A stretch of 64,000 bases of DNA from Patescibacteria group bacterium (lineage in GTDB: Bacteria > Patescibacteriota > Kazan-3B-28), in contig JAQUNP010000001.1 in assembly GCA_028717565.1 (NCBI GenBank), forward strand, positions 293,996 to 357,995, read 5' to 3'. The notes beneath the pieces were generated by a model that saw only the letters and a list, made by a program, of their open reading frames with translations, did not search any database and was not told the origin of the DNA. Each line of letters opens with the position of its first letter. The first letter of the stretch is position 1. The position numbers and the translations under genes are program-made. Positions 63,684-64,000 of this stretch are shown here, piece after piece.

Positions 63684-64000
63684 ATGAATTTAGCTCAACC
63701 TATACTTAGTAGATTTCAGAAGAAGCAAGCCCCCAAAATTGAAGTTGGGGATGTGGTTCGGGTCCATCAAAAAATTTCTGAAGGTGGCAAAGAACGTATC
63801 CAGGTTTTTGAAGGTATTGTGATTGCGTGCCATGAAAAAAGCTCTCTGGATGCGACCTTTACCGTGCGCAAAATAGCTTCTGGTGTGGGCGTGGAAAGAA
63901 CGTATTTGGTACATTCACCGAATGTGGTCAAAATTGAATTCAAGCGCAGTTCCAAAGTGCGTCGGTCTAAACTCTATTATCTACGGAGTTTGGTGGGTAA
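63684..64000 (+). CDS. rplS: 50S ribosomal protein L19 (3'-truncated by the window end; not in the supplied ORF track)
   Basis: Hand translation gives MNLAQPILSRFQKKQAPKIEVGDVVRVHQKISEGGKERIQVFEGIVIACHEKSSLDATFTVRKIASGVGVERTYLVHSPNVVKIEFKRSSKVRRSKLYYLR..., the canonical L19 pattern. Confidence 0.92.
   Translation, partial: MNLAQPILSRFQKKQAPKIEVGDVVRVHQKISEGGKERIQVFEGIVIACHEKSSLDATFTVRKIASGVGVERTYLVHSPNVVKIEFKRSSKVRRSKLYYLRSLVG

Noticed and set aside
1-64000. Alternative genetic code (UGA recoding, as in some CPR lineages).
   Set aside because: TGA terminates several genes at their expected conserved ends (polA, galU, the SBP gene, comF), often in ATGA overlaps. No conserved gene needs read-through.
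1-64000. CRISPR arrays, transposases, integrases, prophage or rRNA genes.
   Set aside because: No spacer-repeat periodicity was seen, and no ORF has recognisable transposase, integrase or phage motifs. The only repeats are those listed as features.

Overview
This 64-kb window is the chromosomal replication-origin region of a small-genome bacterium. The gene content suggests, by inference only, a CPR/Patescibacteria-like organism using the standard genetic code. All calls come from motif recognition by eye; no searches or computations were run.

Gene content:
- Origin core: rpmH-rnpA-yidD-yidC-jag on the minus strand and dnaA-dnaN-recF on the plus strand. Two perfect DnaA boxes and an AT-rich tract lie in the dnaA-dnaN spacer.
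- Left of the origin: a surface-glycan cluster (two GT4 glycosyltransferases, two Wzy/O-antigen-ligase-like proteins, a Wzx flippase, a methyltransferase) and an H+-pyrophosphatase.
- Right of the origin, housekeeping genes: mutM, a minimal polA, tsaD, valS, trpS, leuS, dnaE, tadA, galU, a PMM/PGM, comF, hsp20, a MurE-like ligase with a FemAB-family transferase, and the start of rplS.
- Five tRNAs: Ser-UGA, Arg-ACG, Ser-GCU, Ser-CGA and Ala-GGC, all with encoded CCA.
- Many secreted or membrane proteins of unknown function.

Most interesting content:
- A compact seven-gene type IV secretion-like operon (26.4-35.9 kb): VirB6-like, PrgI/VirB3-like, a VirB4 N-domain-like ORF, VirB4, a TSP3/DUF11-like surface protein, a PilB/GspE-type ATPase and an unknown protein. 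It sits behind a near-consensus promoter.
- A divergently transcribed pair of large envelope proteins (36.1-39.8 kb).
- Two VirB2-like T4SS pilin genes about 7 kb away. One of them overlaps (ATGA) the stop of an orphan solute-binding protein gene in an hsp20-galU array.

Other notable signals:
- tRNA gene fragments next to intact tRNA-Ser and tRNA-Ala genes, both associated with the same 22-nt palindromic element.
- Extended -10 promoters placed almost on top of start codons.
- A terminator-like hairpin 17 nt ahead of leuS.
- Reused terminator modules.

No CRISPR array, transposase, integrase or rRNA was seen.
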